Assembly (NCBI GenBank): GCA_964411275.1
Contig: CAYPKG010000007.1
Span: forward strand, 7,348-71,347
DNA length: 64,000 nt
Direction: 5' to 3'
From: an uncultured Oscillospiraceae bacterium
GTDB lineage: Bacteria; Bacillota; Clostridia; Christensenellales; CAG-138
The notes under the pieces are model-generated. The model did not search any database. It was not told the DNA's origin and worked only from the letters and a program-made list of their open reading frames with translations. Shown one piece after another: positions 29,596 through 39,193 of the stretch. The translations under genes were made by a program, and so were the position numbers. Every line of letters starts with the position of its first letter. Position 1 is the stretch's first letter.

Positions 29596-30006
29596 TTATA
29601 CGACGTACTGCTTTAAGTATGCGGGGATATCGTCTGGGTTTCCGCTGATGCTGATGATTACCTTGACGTCGCATTTCTCGGCAAATTTCGTGAGATGCTC
29701 AAACAAGCCCTCCAGCGTATCCAAGGAATGATGCACGATTTTCAGGAAGCCGTCGATAAACAGATACTCGAGATCAAAATCCTGTGCGGCGATCCCGCAA
29801 AGAAAACCATAAAACATTTTCGGGCCATCGATTTCGAATTCCGACGCGTCAATGAACCGTATTTCATGTTTCAGGTCAAACATGTACTGATTGTCATCAT
29901 CGATAAAAACGATGCTGCCCTTGGATTCCTTTATCGCTTCGTTGGCCATGCTTATGATTTGCTTGGTTTTGCCTGCTCCACGTTCGCCAAATATCACGCG
30001 TATCAA
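29596..30006 (-). CDS. Small stand-alone P-loop NTPase-like protein, function unknown
   Basis: 136 aa. TTG start 8 nt after AAGGAGGG. Walker A GERGAGKT, Walker-B-like IVFIDDD. About 49% GC in a hand-counted 100-nt sample, against about 60% in the flanks. Confidence 0.6.
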   Translation of the reverse strand: MIRVIFGERGAGKTKQIISMANEAIKESKGSIVFIDDDNQYMFDLKHEIRFIDASEFEIDGPKMFYGFLCGIAAQDFDLEYLFIDGFLKIVHHSLDTLEGLFEHLTKFAEKCDVKVIISISGNPDDIPAYLKQYVV

Positions 30007-30113
30007 GGTGAATCCCTCCTTTTTTATGCGCGCCTTAGCGCCTTATACAATCCTATTATACCCCGGCCACGAGGAGGAGGGCAAGGGGAAATCCCTCCTT
30101 TTCACCTTATATA

Positions 30114-31481
30114 CTAATTTGTGTTGCATTCCTCATACAGCGCGCTCAGTTCGCCATCGCTCATGGTGGTGGTACGGCCGCCCACATACATGGCGTCCAC
30201 CCGGGCCTTCATCGCCGCGACGCAGGGATCGCTTTTCTTCACCGCGTCGTCGCCCTTCAACCCGTAATAGCCGTTGATCCAGTGGGCAACCCCCGCAAGA
30301 CCGCTGTAAGCGTCCACCAGCACCTTCGGCGCACGCTTTAAAATGGCGGTGGTGTCGAATATATTGTAGATGCGCTCATCCTTTAACAGCCCGTCAGCGT
30401 GAATGCCGGCCTTTGTGACGTTAAACTCGCTGCCCACGAACGGCGTACGGGGCGGGATCGCATAGCCGATTTCCTTTTCAAAATATTCCGCAATCTCGGT
30501 AATGACCGAAAGATCCATTCCATCGGTGCCGCCCCGAAGGGAACAGTATTCCATCACCATGGCCTCCAGCGGGCAGTTGCCGGTGCGCTCCCCAATGCCT
30601 AACAGCGAACAGTTCACGCTGGAGCAGCCGAACAGCCAGGCTGTTGAGGCGTTGGTAACCGCCTTGCAAAAATCGTTGTGGCCATGCCATTCCAGCATTT
30701 CGCTGCGCAGGTTGGCATACTGGCTAAGGCCGTATATGATCCCCTGCACGCTTCTGGGCAGGGACACGCCGGGGTAGCTCACGCCAAGCCCCATGGTATC
30801 GCAGCAGCGGATTTTGATGGGAATGCCGCTTTCCTGTCCAAGCTCTGTGAGCGCATGGGCAAAAGGCACCACAAACCCATAGAAATCTGCCCGGGTGATG
30901 TCCTCAAAATGGCAGCGGGGGCGTATCCCACGGTCCAGCGCCATCTTCACCACGCCCAGGTATTTATCGATTGCCTGCTGCCTCGTCAGCTTCATCTTAT
31001 TGAAAATATGATAGTCCGAGCAGCTCACAAGAATGCCGGTCTCTTTGACGCCGACGGATTTCACCAGCTCAAAGTCCTGTTCCGTCGCCCGGATCCAGGT
31101 GGTAACCTCAGGAAACGCATAGCCCATGGACATGCACTGCAACAGCGACTTCCGGTCGGTTTCCGAATAGACAAAGAACTCGCTTTGCCGGATCAGGCCT
31201 CTGGGCCCGCCCAGCCTGTGCAGCATCCGGTATAGCGTGGTGATCTGCTCTGGCGTAAACGGCGCGCGGGATTGCTGCCCGTCCCGGAATGTGGTGTCCG
31301 TGATCCAGATTTCGCTGGGCATGTTCATGGGAACCACCCGGTTGTTGAAGGCGACTTTCGGCACTTCCTGATAATCGAATATTTCCTCAAACAGGTTTGG
31401 CTCCGGTACATCTTGCACCGAATAGGTATAGTAGTTTTCCTGCAACAGATTGTTTCTTGTGTTAAATCCAATCTTGCTCAT
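30114..31481 (-). CDS. HMGL-like (homocitrate/isopropylmalate synthase family) enzyme, Re-citrate-synthase-like
   Basis: 455 aa with ITDTTFRDGQQS and HGHNDF motifs. Size and N-terminal extension resemble clostridial Re-citrate synthase (recalled, not searched). Confidence 0.75.
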   Translation of the reverse strand: MSKIGFNTRNNLLQENYYTYSVQDVPEPNLFEEIFDYQEVPKVAFNNRVVPMNMPSEIWITDTTFRDGQQSRAPFTPEQITTLYRMLHRLGGPRGLIRQSEFFVYSETDRKSLLQCMSMGYAFPEVTTWIRATEQDFELVKSVGVKETGILVSCSDYHIFNKMKLTRQQAIDKYLGVVKMALDRGIRPRCHFEDITRADFYGFVVPFAHALTELGQESGIPIKIRCCDTMGLGVSYPGVSLPRSVQGIIYGLSQYANLRSEMLEWHGHNDFCKAVTNASTAWLFGCSSVNCSLLGIGERTGNCPLEAMVMEYCSLRGGTDGMDLSVITEIAEYFEKEIGYAIPPRTPFVGSEFNVTKAGIHADGLLKDERIYNIFDTTAILKRAPKVLVDAYSGLAGVAHWINGYYGLKGDDAVKKSDPCVAAMKARVDAMYVGGRTTTMSDGELSALYEECNTN

Positions 31482-31667
31482 ACGTCCTCCTGCTTGTTCT
31501 GTAATTGTATTCTTGTATTATTGTATCCATGTATACAATCCGATTGCTGTTCATTATACCCGTTTGAAATTGGAGGTGTCAATAGCTGAAACCATATTCT
31601 GTACAGAAACAGACAAATATATTATACTGTTGACAGGAACAATTCGACATAACCGTAGATATCTCGA

Positions 31668-32319
31668 TATGAGGGTGGTGAATGTTACGGGCAAGCAAAA
31701 GCAATCCAAGGAAATAGGCGGCTACGTGGGCATAGCGCTGCTGATCGTCTGCTGTGTGCTGGCTTATGTGCTAATCCCCCGGGAAAAAAGCGGCGCTGAG
31801 GCAACCCCCACTCCCCAGGCAACCGTGGAGGCCACCCCCGCCGCCACGCCCTGTCCCTATCCCCGGGAGGAGGAAGTGTTGCTGTCGTTGGCATACAGCG
31901 GCATATCCTGCCAGAAAGCGGAGGAGGCCCATACCTACAACGTGCAGACGGCGCCCAAGGGGGAAGCCTATTCTTGTTCCCTATCCATCAAGGACGGCAC
32001 GGTGCGCGCCATCTCGTTGATGCTGCCGGGACTTCCGAGCATACAGCTTGGGGAAAACCCCATCGGGATTGAAATTGACGTATATGAAAAAGTGGAAGCG
32101 CGCCGCAAAGCCCAAAATGCCGATTGCGAAAAGCTCATCAGCGCAATCTGGGACGCGCTCTTGGCACCGGATGTGCTGCCAGCGTCCTTTAAGCTTAGGT
32201 GCACGCAGCTGACCCTCCAGGCCAAGCCGGAGCCTGCGGACGATAGCTGGGATAATGCGGTTTTCTCCGTATATCAAACCGAAGCCGGGGACAGGGTGCT
32301 GTCCCTCTCCCTCTCGTGA
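31668..32319 (+). CDS. Hypothetical membrane-anchored protein
   Basis: ATG at 31668. One TM segment (GGYVGIALLIVCCVLAYVLI), then a Thr/Pro/Ala linker. The stop overlaps the comEC start. Confidence 0.5.
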
Positions 32320-33830
32320 ACAATCCTACAATCGATTATAAAAGCCCCCGGGGAAGCCGGTTATGCAATCCCAGGCCGGTGGTTTTGGCGGCGCTGGGGC
32401 TTTGCCTTGGGATTTACCTCAGCCGCGCCACCAATCAGCCGATGCTGGGTCTTGTGATGCTGCTTGGCACACTAGGGCTGCTGCTGCTAAAATGCCGGTG
32501 GTTTGCGCTTTTTACCCTGTGCGCGGCGCTGGGCCTGTTTCGGGCGCTGTTGGCGGTGCCCGGTCCCGTGGCAACAGGGACTGGTACGCTAACAGGGCGG
32601 GTTTGCGAGCAGCCCCAATGGGGCCGCGATGGCCACGTCCTGACCCTCAACAACGCCTCCATCGGCGGCGTTTCCCTGCCAGGGCGGGTGGTGCTGGCGA
32701 TTGGCGATTACGGCCTTTCCCCAGCCTATGGCCAAATCGTGGAGGCCACAGCACAAATCCGCCCGTCACAGCCCGCCAAACGACCAGGCGGGTATGACGA
32801 GCAGGTCTACGACTGGAGCCGTGGCATCGCAGCCCGGGCCAAGGCCGATACCGCCACGCTGTTTGCCGGAAGAACGGACGCGTATGGCGGGCTTCTCTCC
32901 CTTCGGGAAACACTAGAGGATAATTTAGCCGCGCTGTACGGCCCCCGCCTTGGCCCCCTGGCCACCGGCATGCTTCTCGGGGATAAATCCCAGCTGGACA
33001 GCGACCTCTTGGGCCGCTTTCAAGGCGCGGGACTGTCCCATCTGCTGGCCGTGTCCGGCCTGCATGTGTCCTTGCTGTGCGCCGCGCTGCTGTGGGCGTT
33101 AAAGCGGGCGCCAATCCGGGTGCGCATCGGCATCGCCGCCGGGTTCCTGCTGCTGTACTGCGCCATGTGCGCCTTCTCGGCGTCTGCGGTGCGGGCTGCG
33201 CTGATGACACTCAGCATGCTGTCCGGACAGGCTCTTCGCCGCCGCCCCGACAGCCTGAGCGCCCTTTCGTTCAGCGCGGTGCTGCTGCTTTTGATCAATC
33301 CATTTTTCCTGTTTACCGCCGGGTTTCTACTGTCCTACACGGCAGTCATCGGCATCCTGCTGGTAACGCCTGTGCTCTCGACCCTGCTTAAGCCCCTTCC
33401 CCCGGCGATAAGCACAGGGCTTGCAACCACCCTGGGCGCGCAGCTGGGTTCGCTGCCGGTAACCGCCGCCTGCTTTGGGGAATTTCCCATAGCGGGTTTT
33501 GTCACAAACCTGGTGGCAGTCCCGCTGTCGGGTCTTGCGCTGATCCCTTCGCTTCTTGCCGCAATATGCTATGGATTTGTGCCGGGGCTGGCAAAACTAT
33601 TTGGGATTGTAGGCGAAGGCGCACTCCTGCTGATGAGTGGGGCGGCTGGTTTTACCGCCGCCCGGTTTCCCTTTGTTTCCATCCCCGGGCCATCCCTGTT
33701 TGCGGGACTGCTCTACTTCCTCAGCTTCACCTTTTTCTCAAGGTTTTGCCTTTTGGGCGCGCGAAGCCGGGGACAGCTGGGCGGGCTGTGCCTCGCGCTC
33801 TGTGCTGTCCTGTGGGCCCTTGGGAAATAA
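32316..33830 (+). CDS. comEC: ComEC/Rec2-family competence channel protein (no MBL domain)
   Basis: 504 aa, polytopic, with GLSHLLAVSGLHV motif. Confidence 0.85.
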   Translation: MNNPTIDYKSPRGSRLCNPRPVVLAALGLCLGIYLSRATNQPMLGLVMLLGTLGLLLLKCRWFALFTLCAALGLFRALLAVPGPVATGTGTLTGRVCEQPQWGRDGHVLTLNNASIGGVSLPGRVVLAIGDYGLSPAYGQIVEATAQIRPSQPAKRPGGYDEQVYDWSRGIAARAKADTATLFAGRTDAYGGLLSLRETLEDNLAALYGPRLGPLATGMLLGDKSQLDSDLLGRFQGAGLSHLLAVSGLHVSLLCAALLWALKRAPIRVRIGIAAGFLLLYCAMCAFSASAVRAALMTLSMLSGQALRRRPDSLSALSFSAVLLLLINPFFLFTAGFLLSYTAVIGILLVTPVLSTLLKPLPPAISTGLATTLGAQLGSLPVTAACFGEFPIAGFVTNLVAVPLSGLALIPSLLAAICYGFVPGLAKLFGIVGEGALLLMSGAAGFTAARFPFVSIPGPSLFAGLLYFLSFTFFSRFCLLGARSRGQLGGLCLALCAVLWALGK

Positions 33831-33918
33831 GTCATAAATTATGCAGATTGTTACAGAACCATTGCATGTCTCATACAAAAGGATTATACTATGAACAAGA
33901 TGGTGGGGGGATTATGTT

Positions 33919-34266
33919 ATGAAAAAAGTGAAAGTTACTGTCAGTATTGCCGATCAACTCATCACCCTTTGCGGAACTGAGGATGAAGGGTACATCGAAG
34001 GGGTCGCAGCTTACGTGGATACAAAAATGCGAGAGCTGCAGCGCACAAACCCCGCCTTGTCCACCAGCGCCTGCGTGATGCTGGCCGCTGTCAATATCAC
34101 GGACGAGCTGTTTAAGCTGCGGCAACAGTATGCTGAGCTTGACCAGCGGATTTCAGAGCTCGCGCCAGAGGTTGAGGGCGCTGTCGGCGGCCATCTCCGT
34201 GCCCACGCCGCCGATCAAGCCCCCGCGCACCCGCGCGGCAAAGGCCCCTGTGAAGCGTCCCTTTGA
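33919..34266 (+). CDS. zapA: Cell division protein ZapA (3' end possibly frameshifted)
   Basis: Sequence MKKVKVTVSIADQLITLCGTEDEGYIEGVAAYVDTKMRELQ. The C-terminal 35 aa are atypical; see findings. Confidence 0.8.
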   Translation: MKKVKVTVSIADQLITLCGTEDEGYIEGVAAYVDTKMRELQRTNPALSTSACVMLAAVNITDELFKLRQQYAELDQRISELAPEVEGAVGGHLRAHAADQAPAHPRGKGPCEASL

Positions 34267-34355
34267 AGAGGTGAAAGCATAACATAACGATTGCAATATG
34301 TCAAAAAACCACCGCCGCTGCCCAGCGGCGATGGTTTTTTGTACTACCCGATCCT

Positions 34356-35873
34356 CTAACCCATCGCCGGCGCAAACTCCATCCTATCTAAAATATCCCT
34401 CTGCACGTCGATGCCCGGATACACTTCCTTCAACCGCAAGCCTTCCTCGCACAGCTCGAACACACACCGCTCCGTCACGTACAGCACCCGGCGGCCGGAT
34501 TTCAAGGCTTGTTCGGCGCTAAAGCTGATGCTGCCGATCTTTTTCTTGAACTTGGGCAGCGTGCCTTCGCTGACGATCTCCACGCTCCCGTCCGGCTTCA
34601 ACGCGGTTTTCAATCCCTTGGCGTTGAATGTCAGGCAGAATACTACCGCCTTTGTGCCGGCTGTGATGTTGGCAAACCCGCCGATGCCCGTATACCCGTT
34701 TGGCAGGCGGTGAGCGTTGACATTCCCCTTCTCGTCCACCTCCAGGCCGCCCATAAAGCAGATATCCAGCCCGCCTCCATCATAAAAATCAAACTGCGGG
34801 GCCATATCGCAGATCATGTCCGCGCCGATGGTGGCGCCAAACGCCACGCCGGGGGCGGGCAGCCCGCCGACGCCGCCGGCCTCCACCGTCAACGTAATAT
34901 CCTTCAAAATCCCCATCTTTGAGGCATAATCCGCCACCATTTCCGGAAGGCCAATGCCGATGTTCACCACGTTTCCGGCTGCCAATTCCTTCGCGCCCCG
35001 GCTGCCAATGATCCCGGGGGACGCGTCCCCAACGGGCCGTTTTTTAGGATTGTCCTTCGACAGGCGCGCCATCCAGTAATCCATGTGCGCCGGCGGAACG
35101 TGAATGTCCCCGGACAGGGTCTGATCCACCGCCAGCATCTCCTCCCGCTCGTCCACCACCACCGCGTCCACCAATATTCCTGGCACAACGATGCTCCGGG
35201 GACGGGAAAAGAAGTGGCTGACCCTGCCCACCTGGACGATCACCTTGCCGCCGTTTGCCTTTGTCAGTTGGGCCAGGGAAAGAGCGTCTACCGTCACAAA
35301 CTCCCCTTCGAAGGAAATATTGCCGTTTGCATCCACCGTAGTGCCCTTCAAAAACGCCACGTCCGGCTTTGGAAGCGTGTAATGGAGGTACTCCTCGCCA
35401 TCGACTTCCATCACCCGCACCAACTCCTCTTTGGAGATATCGTTCAGCCCGGGGCCTTCCTTGCGTGGATCCACATAGATACCAAGGCCTACCTTGCTCA
35501 GATACCCCTTATGCCCGCCAGCCATGGCGCGAATGGTATGGGACATCACCCCGAGAGGCAGGTTATACGCCTCAATTGCACCATTGAGGGCCATCCGCGT
35601 GGTCACCGGCATGCTGGCATAATGCCCGGCGATCACCCGGCGCACCGCACCCGCAGCTACGTACGGCTCCGCGAATTTCGCCGCGTCCCAGCCGCCAAAC
35701 CCTGCCGCGCACAGGATTGTCAGGTTCCGGGGACTGCCGGTAGCCGCAAACCGCTCGTACACCGCACGATGCAGCGTTTCCGGGTTTGACAGGGCAAGAA
35801 AGGAGTTGACGGCAATCACCGCGCCGTCCGGAATCTGACGGATGGCATCTTCCTTGGACATGATACGAAACAT
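34356..35873 (-). CDS. Family-I acyl-CoA:acetate/3-ketoacid (propionate-type) CoA-transferase
   Basis: 505 aa, a single-chain fusion of alpha/beta halves. EVDEKGNVNA region. Confidence 0.85.
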   Translation of the reverse strand: MFRIMSKEDAIRQIPDGAVIAVNSFLALSNPETLHRAVYERFAATGSPRNLTILCAAGFGGWDAAKFAEPYVAAGAVRRVIAGHYASMPVTTRMALNGAIEAYNLPLGVMSHTIRAMAGGHKGYLSKVGLGIYVDPRKEGPGLNDISKEELVRVMEVDGEEYLHYTLPKPDVAFLKGTTVDANGNISFEGEFVTVDALSLAQLTKANGGKVIVQVGRVSHFFSRPRSIVVPGILVDAVVVDEREEMLAVDQTLSGDIHVPPAHMDYWMARLSKDNPKKRPVGDASPGIIGSRGAKELAAGNVVNIGIGLPEMVADYASKMGILKDITLTVEAGGVGGLPAPGVAFGATIGADMICDMAPQFDFYDGGGLDICFMGGLEVDEKGNVNAHRLPNGYTGIGGFANITAGTKAVVFCLTFNAKGLKTALKPDGSVEIVSEGTLPKFKKKIGSISFSAEQALKSGRRVLYVTERCVFELCEEGLRLKEVYPGIDVQRDILDRMEFAPAMG

Positions 35874-36090
35874 ACATAAGCCTCCCTGTTTTTATTTTTA
35901 GCACGCCCCCGTTTCTCAGGCTCCATGCATGCTTCGTACCCGGAGCATGCAAACTATACAGGAAAGGAGGCGAATGCCTGATGGACCGATACCATTGCGT
36001 AACGCCGGATATCTCCAGCACCGCCAGCAGTCACGAATGCACGGGGCTGATGCCCCGCCCGCCGATAACACAAGCGGAATACGAGGCATA

Positions 36091-36771
36091 TCAGGAGTTG
36101 TACGGGATGGAAATCCCCAAAAGGGAGTAACCGCCTTTTCGGTGCGGGGAGCCTTTGCTTCCCGCATCATTTTGTTCGGGCAATAGAGCGTTCATGAGGA
36201 TGCTGAGTTCCGCCTCGGTACGGGCTGCCACGTCGTATGCGCCGTCGTGCAGGCACCAGTCCACCAGGTTGCCGCGCACGTATTTAATAAGCATTTCGGA
36301 AATGACCCCTGAGTCCAGCGCCTTCGTAAGGGCGCCCGCCTGCTGCGCCCGCCTGACATGTTTGTTTACGCTCTGGTAATAGGCCCGCTTCGGGCTGACG
36401 GCGCTTCTGTTTTGGTTTTGCAACAGCGCCCTGTAGTACTGGGTGATGACGGAGTACCCGATCCCGGCTGTAAAAGCGGTTTGATCCACCAGCACCGCCC
36501 GCACCGCGTCAACCGGAAGCATCTCATCGTACTTTTTCGCGGCGGCGTCCTCGTCCAATGTATTGTCGAAATTCAAAAAGGCCTCGTTCATCAGCGCGTC
36601 CTTGCTGGGATAATGATGGTAAAACGCGCCAATTGACACCCCCGCTTCTTTGCAGATATCCCGGATGGAGGTAGCCGCAAAGCCCTTTTGCAGCGCGATG
36701 CGCACGGAGGCCTCCAGTATGTTTTTCTTCGAAGCTTCTGATTTTTGATACTGCTTATTCACATTGCTCAC
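36091..36771 (-). CDS. TetR/AcrR-family transcriptional regulator
   Basis: HTH FAATSIRDICKEAGVSIGAFYHHYPSKDAL. Confidence 0.9.
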   Translation of the reverse strand: MSNVNKQYQKSEASKKNILEASVRIALQKGFAATSIRDICKEAGVSIGAFYHHYPSKDALMNEAFLNFDNTLDEDAAAKKYDEMLPVDAVRAVLVDQTAFTAGIGYSVITQYYRALLQNQNRSAVSPKRAYYQSVNKHVRRAQQAGALTKALDSGVISEMLIKYVRGNLVDWCLHDGAYDVAARTEAELSILMNALLPEQNDAGSKGSPHRKGGYSLLGISIPYNS

Positions 36772-36800
36772 ATTGCTTCTCCTTAATTAAGTAGGCTTAT

Positions 36801-36830
36801 TATACCATAATTGCGAAGCATTATGGTATA
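36801..36830. promoter_or_regulatory. Candidate TetR operator
   Basis: Perfect 11-bp inverted repeat TATACCATAAT-N8-ATTATGGTATA, 30 nt upstream of the TetR start. Confidence 0.5.
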
Positions 36831-36866
36831 ATCTCGCATCCGCGTTTCAGGCAAGCCTGAAATATC

Positions 36867-36938
36867 GCGGGCGAATATAATAAGATGTATAATAGCCGTT
36901 TTGCGGGCGAATATAATAAGATATATAATAGCCGTTTT
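36867..36938. repeat. 36-bp tandem direct repeat (2 copies, 1 mismatch)
   Basis: GCGGGCGAATATAATAAGAT(G/A)TATAATAGCCGTTTT repeated twice. The second copy runs into the hairpin TATAATAGCC-N7-GGCTATTATA (36924-36950). Confidence 0.9.
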
Positions 36939-37112
36939 GCGGCTATTATATCACAGTTTATTCCCCTTCATAATATTTTGATAAATTGTTGACAACAACC
37001 CAAAAACTTGCTACATTTAAAACAGAACATAGTTCGGTATTTATCTCTCGTTGGGGCGCACCGTCATATTTATTATACGCAAAACAAATCAATATAGCAA
37101 AGGAGTAGGGTT

Positions 37113-39164
37113 ATGAATCCAAAGTATGAACCGCTGTTTACGCCATGGAAAATAGGCAACGTGGAGGTCAAAAACCGCATTGTCCTTTGCCCCATGGGCG
37201 GCACATCCCTGTTTGGCTGGATGGAACCCAACCATTTTGACAAGGAGGCCGCGAATTTCTTTCTGGAGCGCGCGAAGAACAACGTCGGGCTGATCATCCC
37301 CGGCATCGCGCCAATCAAGGACACCATCGGCGGCCGCTGGCTGTGGAAAAACAAAAAGATGTTTGAGGAACTCGCGCCCTTTATGGACGAAATCCATAAA
37401 ACCGGCGCAAAGCTGTTCGTGCAGATCACTGCCGGAATGGGCCGGTCATGGGCAATTACCGACCATCTGGTCATGCTCCATAACAACCCCATTCTCCGGG
37501 CGATCAGCAAGCCCATACTGGACGTGACATACCAGTCCGCCAGCCCAAGCGAATTGCCGTCCCGCTGGTCCGACAAGGTGACCTGCCGGGCAATCACCCT
37601 CCAGGAAATCCAGGATATCATCGACGGCTACGCCAAAACCGCCAAGCTGTGCATGGACGCAGGGGTTGACGGGGTGGAAGTCCATGCCGTGCACGAAGGG
37701 TATCTGCTGGACCAGTTCTCCATGGAATACACCAACAAACGCACCGACAAATACGGCGGCTCTTTTGAAAACCGGTACCGCTTCGCTGTGGAGATTGTGG
37801 CTGCCATCAAGGCCGCCTGCGGCAAGGATTTCCCTGTGTCCGTGCGCTATTCCGTGCTGTCAAAGGTCAAGGATTTCCGGGTGGGCGCGGTGCCCGGTGA
37901 GGAATACATTGAGATCGGCCGGGACATGGCGGAAAGCGAGCGGGCGGCAAAATACCTGCAGGACGCGGGCTATGACATGCTCAACGCCGACAACGGCACC
38001 TACGATTCGTGGTACTGGGCGCATCCGCCCATGTATATGCCACAGAACTGCAATCTCGACGACGTGGCCCATATTAAAAAGTTCGTAGACATCCCCGTGG
38101 TCTGCGCCGGGCGCATGGAGCCCGATGTGGGGGCCGAGGCCGTGAAGGAAGGCCGCATCGACGGCGTGGGCATCGCCCGGCAATTCCTCGCGGACGGGGA
38201 GTGGATCACAAAGCTCATCGAAGACCGGCTGGAAGACATCCGTCCCTGCATCTGCTGCCACAACGCCTGCTTCAACATGACCCATTATAAGGGCATAGCA
38301 AACGGCCAGTCCATCCATGACGCGTCCCACATCGCCCGCTGCGCCCTGGATCCGAGAACCATGCAGACCAAGAAATACCATATCACCCCTGCGGCAACAA
38401 AGAAAAAGATCGCGGTCATCGGCGGCGGCATCGGCGGCATGGAAACAGCACTGGTGGCTGCCAAGCGGGGGCATACCGTCACCATCTATGAAAAGAGCGG
38501 CCAGCTGGGAGGCGTGTTCAACGCCGCCGCCACCCCTTCCTTTAAGGAAAAGGATCGGGCGCTGATCGCCTGGTATCAGCGGGAAATTCAGAAATACCCC
38601 GAAATCGAAGTGAAGCTGAACACAGAGGTCAAGGATTTTAGCTCCCTCGGCGCCGACAAGGTGGTGGTCGCCACAGGCGCTGTGGCCAACAGGCTGCCCG
38701 TAAAGGGTGCGGAGCTTGGCATTGAGGCGATTGAATACCTGCTTGGGGAAAAACCCGTGGGCGAGAACGTCATCGTCATCGGCGGCGGCCTTACGGGCTG
38801 CGAAATCGCGTATGAGCTGTATCTCCAGGGGAAAAAGCCCACGATTGTGGAGATGAAAAACGACCTCATTGCGGTCACAGGCGTGTGCCTAGCCAACGCC
38901 AGCTATCTTCGGGATTTCTTCGCGGCCAACAAGGTGCCCGTGTATCTTGAAACGAAGCTGCAGGAAGTGCTTCCGGACGGGGTAATGGTGGTGGATAAGG
39001 ACGGCCGCTCCTTCAAGCTCGAAGGGGACAGCGTCATCCTGTCCGTGGGCTATCAGCCAGCGCCCCTCACCGCTGGCCGTGCGAAGCTCGTCGGCGACGC
39101 GAACAAGGTAGGCAACCTTCGGACTGTCATCTGGAACGCCTGGGATGTGGCGATGAAGCTATAA
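37113..39164 (+). CDS. 2-enoate reductase / 2,4-dienoyl-CoA reductase-family flavoprotein (OYE + Fe-S + FAD/NAD domains)
   Basis: 683 aa. OYE-like N-terminus, cysteine motif CICCHNAC...C, and two Rossmann motifs GGGIGGME and GGGLTGCE. Confidence 0.9.
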   Translation: MNPKYEPLFTPWKIGNVEVKNRIVLCPMGGTSLFGWMEPNHFDKEAANFFLERAKNNVGLIIPGIAPIKDTIGGRWLWKNKKMFEELAPFMDEIHKTGAKLFVQITAGMGRSWAITDHLVMLHNNPILRAISKPILDVTYQSASPSELPSRWSDKVTCRAITLQEIQDIIDGYAKTAKLCMDAGVDGVEVHAVHEGYLLDQFSMEYTNKRTDKYGGSFENRYRFAVEIVAAIKAACGKDFPVSVRYSVLSKVKDFRVGAVPGEEYIEIGRDMAESERAAKYLQDAGYDMLNADNGTYDSWYWAHPPMYMPQNCNLDDVAHIKKFVDIPVVCAGRMEPDVGAEAVKEGRIDGVGIARQFLADGEWITKLIEDRLEDIRPCICCHNACFNMTHYKGIANGQSIHDASHIARCALDPRTMQTKKYHITPAATKKKIAVIGGGIGGMETALVAAKRGHTVTIYEKSGQLGGVFNAAATPSFKEKDRALIAWYQREIQKYPEIEVKLNTEVKDFSSLGADKVVVATGAVANRLPVKGAELGIEAIEYLLGEKPVGENVIVIGGGLTGCEIAYELYLQGKKPTIVEMKNDLIAVTGVCLANASYLRDFFAANKVPVYLETKLQEVLPDGVMVVDKDGRSFKLEGDSVILSVGYQPAPLTAGRAKLVGDANKVGNLRTVIWNAWDVAMKL

Positions 39165-39193
39165 GCTGAATATCGGGAAAGAAAGGAGCTTTT

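Noticed and set aside
35929-36186. An 85-aa ORF with an internal AGGAAAGGAGG-ATG between the CoA-transferase and TetR genes.
   Set aside because: The spacing from the SD-like string to the ATG is only 3 nt. The product has no recognisable features and a skewed composition, and the ORF runs into the 3' end of the TetR gene on the other strand.
36867-36938. A tandem repeat that could be mistaken for a mini CRISPR array.
   Set aside because: There are only two abutting 36-bp units with no spacer between them, no further repeats and no cas genes anywhere in the window.
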